DNA of 64,000 nucleotides from Rhizodiscina lignyota (Eukaryota): NCBI GenBank assembly GCA_010015805.1, contig ML978125.1, positions 434,001 to 498,000 of the forward strand, read 5' to 3'. Shown piece by piece: positions 59,094 to 64,000 of this stretch (position 1 is its first letter; each line of letters starts with the position of its first letter). The notes under the pieces were generated by a model. It saw only the letters and a program-made list of their open reading frames with translations, ran no database searches and was not told where the DNA came from. The position numbers and the translations under genes were made by a program.

Positions 59094-61517
59094 CTAAGCC
59101 TTCCTCGCCCACCCACTGAGATACCTCCATGCAGCACCACACTCCGCGCCCTCTTCCATCGCGCTCGCTACCTCAGCCAACAACCTCTCCTCATCCTTGC
59201 CCATCTCAACCTGCAGCTTAAGCAACCACCTCTCCCACGCCCACGCACCGATCATACCCGTCAAGCAGCTGGCCTCAGCCGTGCTTCCGCTCTCACCCTC
59301 CTTCCTTGCCATCGGCAGCGCCAACCAAGCACGCTTCATCTGTCCGAAGCCAGCACGCTTGAGGCGCGGCAAGAAGGACTTGGTGGGCTGGGCGTCGTAG
59401 CCGCGCGTCTTGAGATTGAAGCCAAACTCCACGGAGATGGCCTGTGCGTGTGGACCAGCTTTCAGAACGTCAGCGTCGAGAAGAGCGAATTCGAGGAATC
59501 CGCCAGGCTTGAGGCAGCGCATGCACTCCTTCAAGCAGAGGTCGTACTCGTCGTCGGCACGGCCGGCCGGCTTGCTGGTCTTGAGCAGGGCAAAAAGGCT
59601 GCGGGCGGAAATGATATCGAAATGGTTGGATGGGAATGGCAAAGTCCAGAGATTGGGGACAACAGTGTGCTTGTGGTTGGCTGGGCCGGTGAGCTTGCTC
59701 TTTGGTGCCTGGTCGGCGGTGTAGACAGTCTGAACGGTGGTCTTGGGATACTGAAGAGCGACTTCCCAGGCCCAGTCACAAGAGGCATGGCCGCCGAGGT
59801 CGAGAACGCGTGCCTCTGAGGCAGAGAAGAGCGTCTTGCCTGCTGGAGAAGTGAGCAGCGTGCCGCCATTCAGCATCTTTGTTGCCTCAAGGTTCCAGCT
59901 GATGGGCTTGATCTGCTCGAGTGCCTGACGCTCCTTCTGGACGCGGTCAATCATTTCCTTCTTTTCGTCTGCATCCTCGGTGGCGTAGAACTCTGAGACT
60001 GGACGGGAGTTCTTGGGGCGAACGGGGCTCTCGAGTCCAAATTTACCGGCCAGCTGGTCACGGTGAGCGCGGGCGAGGCAGGTGCGGTCGAGGCGAAGAG
60101 CTTCGACGCGGGCACGACGCTGGACCATTGCGTCGGACCTGAGGTGGGTTTCGCGGATGTGCTTGAAGCCTTCGACGAAGGTGTTGTCTCTTGGCGATGG
60201 TGGAAGCTTCTTCTCTGTGACGCTGATGGGGGAGTCGTCGGCAAAGCGGACGGCCTTAGCTGGTGACTTGATCGAAGATGGTGACTTGATCGAAGACGCC
60301 TCGGAGACAATTGAAGGAGAGACGACGGCATCGATGGAGGTGGTCTCGACAATGTTGGAGATGTATGACTCCTGAGCATTAAGCCAGAGGCTAGTGCGGT
60401 CGAGGCTAGCAGCAGCCGTATCCTGCAGGCTTTGGACGTAGCTTTCATCGTAGTCATTTGGAGGGGCCGTCTCTGAGAACTCCGAGTCTTGGCGGCTTTG
60501 CGGAGAGAAAGGCTCAGGGGTCACGGCCTGGATACGGCGGGCAGTTGGAGGCCCGTCAGTTCTGTTATCAGCAGCATCAAGAACTTGCTCGATGGTCTGA
60601 GAGGCCGTGGTGGAAGTAGGTGACTTCCAAGGGACACCATAGAAAGACTCGGCGGTGCTAGTGGTTGGAGCGCTCTCCTCGGGAGTTGAGGACCAGGTGT
60701 TGCGAGTGGCGTCGTCGAGTGATGAGAAAAATCCGCCAGGTGATGGGATTGAGATGGCGGAGATGGGCTCATATTCAACATTGTCGACTGGGGTGATGCA
60801 GATGTCAATTTTCTGGCGGTTGCCAATGGCTTCGGTCATCTCGGTCTTGACGACATCGACGGCAGACGTGGGCTCAAACTCGGCATTGTCGCAAGAGATG
60901 TGGCGGAGGGTCTGCATAGCATCGGCCTTGAGCTGGACACCCCATTGCTGGGTCGTGATCCGCTGACCTTCGATGTCGGGTGTCGACGGGCAGCTCAGGT
61001 TGGAAAGCTCCTCGGAGGTGAGGCTGCCATCGAGAGAAGGTGCCGAGCTGGAAGAGGGAACGCTCAGGCGGGTATTGAGCTTAGAGAGTGAGCGTGGGGT
61101 GGGAGAAACAATTGGCGGCGAGAGCGGGAAGGTTGGTAGTCTGCCTTCCTTCTGGAGTTTCTCTATTGTGGGCCAGGCGGAGGGCGAGGGGATGATGAGC
61201 GAGGGTTCTCGGCTGACGATTGTGCGTTTGACGGAGTTGGAGGCGAAGAGCGGGACATCAGACTCGTCGTCGGTCATGTCGTACAGGTCGTCAAATTCCG
61301 GGCGGTCGTCGGCCACCTTGGTGGTGGTGTATTGTTGGTTCGCTCTTGGGGTCGGGAAGTCCTCGTCGTAGGATGGTGACAGAGCACCACGAGCCGGCGG
61401 GGAGAGCATGCTGTCAGATCGCAACGAGAGGTACCCGTTTGTCGTATTAAGTTCGGTTCTTCGGACCTGCGAATCGCCTGGAGTGTATGTAGTTGGCTGG
61501 AGCATGAGGGTGGTCAT
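59094..61517 (-). CDS. Protein with long S/P/T-rich disordered N-terminus and C-terminal class I SAM-methyltransferase-like domain
   Basis: RVLDLGG, LPFPSNHFDIISAR and CMRCLKPGGFLE. Confidence 0.85.
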   Translation of the reverse strand: MTTLMLQPTTYTPGDSQVRRTELNTTNGYLSLRSDSMLSPPARGALSPSYDEDFPTPRANQQYTTTKVADDRPEFDDLYDMTDDESDVPLFASNSVKRTIVSREPSLIIPSPSAWPTIEKLQKEGRLPTFPLSPPIVSPTPRSLSKLNTRLSVPSSSSAPSLDGSLTSEELSNLSCPSTPDIEGQRITTQQWGVQLKADAMQTLRHISCDNAEFEPTSAVDVVKTEMTEAIGNRQKIDICITPVDNVEYEPISAISIPSPGGFFSSLDDATRNTWSSTPEESAPTTSTAESFYGVPWKSPTSTTASQTIEQVLDAADNRTDGPPTARRIQAVTPEPFSPQSRQDSEFSETAPPNDYDESYVQSLQDTAAASLDRTSLWLNAQESYISNIVETTSIDAVVSPSIVSEASSIKSPSSIKSPAKAVRFADDSPISVTEKKLPPSPRDNTFVEGFKHIRETHLRSDAMVQRRARVEALRLDRTCLARAHRDQLAGKFGLESPVRPKNSRPVSEFYATEDADEKKEMIDRVQKERQALEQIKPISWNLEATKMLNGGTLLTSPAGKTLFSASEARVLDLGGHASCDWAWEVALQYPKTTVQTVYTADQAPKSKLTGPANHKHTVVPNLWTLPFPSNHFDIISARSLFALLKTSKPAGRADDEYDLCLKECMRCLKPGGFLEFALLDADVLKAGPHAQAISVEFGFNLKTRGYDAQPTKSFLPRLKRAGFGQMKRAWLALPMARKEGESGSTAEASCLTGMIGAWAWERWLLKLQVEMGKDEERLLAEVASAMEEGAECGAAWRYLSGWARKA

Positions 61518-62607
61518 TATTACGGATTTATTATACTGAAGCAATGGAAAACCGGCCGCACAGCAGCGAAAAGACAGAAAACACTCCGCACAGCGGTGAC
61601 TTCAACGACTACGAAACACGTGCGAGGATGAGAGAGTGACAGCGATGAAGGAGAAAGGTACAGCACGGAGCCGCATGATAGTATATAAGAGAGCGGGCAT
61701 ATTCGCGCCCGCCTAGCGACGAGCGGGACACAGGCCATGTGGCTGTATTGGGCACGGGGACTGTCCATGGATTACCAGTTCAAGCTCTTGGGCGCGTGGT
61801 AAGGCACAGCGGAAGAGTGGAGCGGCGAGAAGCAGCGCTGGGAAGCATCAGGATGCCACTAAGGCGTACGCAGCTCCCATAGGCCGGTGCGACGACCCGC
61901 AGTGAATGTGTGTGGACACAGCGGTGCCTCCACTCATTTCACAGAGCGCGCGCGACCAACAGTGGGAACGAGAACGGTTGAAGATGGATTGGCTCCCGAG
62001 ATGTGGGCGGTTAGCTGGCGGTTAGGCGGGCGGCCAATCAACGTGGCAGCTGAGAGGGAGGGATGCATGGCCATTCCCAGCGCACATTCAACTGTGCATG
62101 AACTCGCAGTGAACATATTCGTGGTGGAAGACTCGAGACCGAGTGCAGCTGGAGATTCTCGTCAAGCAGATCGTTATGCATCGTTCTGGAAGATGACGCG
62201 GAGAGGTGCTCGCAGTTATGCCTAGCCTTTGTAGGGAGGTGAGAGGGGACACGAGCCTGTCGTGCACGCCCATCAGCCCGTGTGACGCAGCGCCTGCCGC
62301 AGACTCGGAAGATTCGTTTTCCGGCTATCTTCGATGTTTGATCTGGAGTTTTGAAATATTTGCACGGCCCTTGGAGCTGTGTTGCGATGAATAAGAGAAC
62401 GATAGGATGACTGATGTTGTTTGCAAGAGGATGGCCTGCCAACCACGCGACGCTCCTCTCGCAAAAACTCCCTCCCGCCCGTGGGCAGCCGCCAACTCCA
62501 AAGCTGCCCACCAATGCCTCATCTCGACATCATGCTCCCGTGACCAAAGCCATTGAAACATCATGAAACTCTAGATTGTCGCCTCATTCGATTGGAAGCT
62601 CGCAAAC

Positions 62608-63789
62608 ATGTCGAAAGAGGCGCCTCCTGCCGTCATTGCGCCGTCCATCCTCTCCGCAGATTTCGGGGTGCTGGCAGACGAGTGCTTGAACACGATGAAG
62701 CATGGCGCCGACTGGCTTCACATCGACATCATGGACGGCCACTTTGTCCCAAACATGACCTTTGGCCCTCCGGTCGTCGCCAAAATACGGGAGAGAATAG
62801 ATAAGCCCCAGGATCCGATGGGAAAGGGGACTTTCGATTGCCATATGATGATATCAGAGGTATGAATTCCACTTGCTTCAATGTAATGTCACAAGTCACA
62901 AATCGATACAATATGGGCTCTTGCATTCATTGTCCTTAATTGCAATTGTTGAAGCACCTCTATTTTATTGCGGCGATTTTATTCACTGTCCCGAGTCTAT
63001 TCGACCGCCTGCTGTGCCACCAAGCATCTCTTTTCCCAGTCACGTTATCTCCAGCAACGCCTCCAACATCCTTCTATACCAGCTCAAAATATCCCTGCCA
63101 CATCCCCACAGCAGCTTCCAAAAGCCATTCAGTGCATACACTAACATCCTACCAGCCGCATAAATGGGTATCCAACTTCCACAAAGCCGGCTGCGACCTG
63201 TACTGCTTCCACTACGAAGCGACAATCGCGCCCGGCAGCGACACCAACAGCAGCGGCTACGGCACCGCCTTCTACCCGACCTCGCCCTCCGAGCTGATTC
63301 GCTTCATCCATTCGTACGACATGAAGGCCGGCATCGCCATCAAGCCCAAGACGCCCGTCGACGTGCTCTGGGATATCCTGGAGCACCCGAACGTCGACGA
63401 CAGACCGGATGTGAGCCTCTCCCTCCCTCTCTTCCAACCCTACCCCAACCCTGTCGCTCCATGCGGTTACGATGTTGGTGAATTCTGGCTGGGAACTGTA
63501 CTGATAGAAATTTTAGATGGTCCTCGTGATGACCGTTGAGCCGGGCTTCGGTGGGCAATCCTTCATGCCGGAGATGATGCCCAAAGTGAAAGCGCTGCGA
63601 GAGCGTTATCCCGGGCTGCCCATCGAAGTGGACGGCGGGCTATCCGAGAAGACGATCGATGTCGCCGCCGACGCTGGCGCGAATGTCATCGTCGCTGGCA
63701 GTGCAGTGTTCGGGGCAAGCGATCCGGCGGCTGTGATCTCGCATTTGAGGGATGCGGTGGACAAGAGGAGGGCGATGCACAGTCAGTAA
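62608..63789 (+). CDS. RPE1: Ribulose-phosphate 3-epimerase
   Basis: [47 protein letters not shown] and VAGSAVF. Two introns. Confidence 0.97.
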
Positions 63790-64000
63790 CTGCGCAGCGA
63801 GATTGACAGGGCAGCCTCGCCGTAAGGGAATGGAATGAGAAATGCTCTAGACGAGATATGCCTGTGCCATAAATATGGCACTGAATTCGATTTCACCCAG
63901 TTTCTACTAGACGCATCTACAAATATGATGCTCTTAAAATGCTCTTCAAAATACTTTTCACAACTCCTGGACCTTAGAAATACCTTCCAAATCACCTCTC

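Overview
Eukaryotic genomic DNA from a filamentous ascomycete (Pezizomycotina; the class cannot be assigned from sequence alone). It has short GT-AG introns with CTRAC branch sites and about 29 genes. The window splits into two parts. The accessory, secondary-metabolism-like left part (~1-25 kb) holds a PAN/apple-like protein, a P450 relic, a Zn2Cys6 factor, tannase, SDR, alpha/beta hydrolase, PLP aminotransferase, MmgE/PrpD enzyme, a multi-TM protein, a UstYa/DUF3328 oxidase and a repeat-peptide precursor. The right part is mostly housekeeping (CAP2, MPH1, mug65-like, IEC3, JAC1, REX1-like, RPP0, LSM2, RPE1). The standout is a candidate fungal RiPP (dikaritin-type) locus. A spliced 129-aa secreted precursor with six identical APPPKYMPLVDVE units separated by KR/ER sites is transcribed divergently from a DUF3328 oxidase with two HxxHC motifs. 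The repeat matches none of the dikaritin cores I know. Other notable items are a tandem SRPK-like kinase/pseudokinase pair with duplicated upstream DNA, and a five-exon Zn-binding/AT-hook gene with an 11-nt microexon that the ORF track misses. All gene models and family calls were made by eye; no database searches were run.
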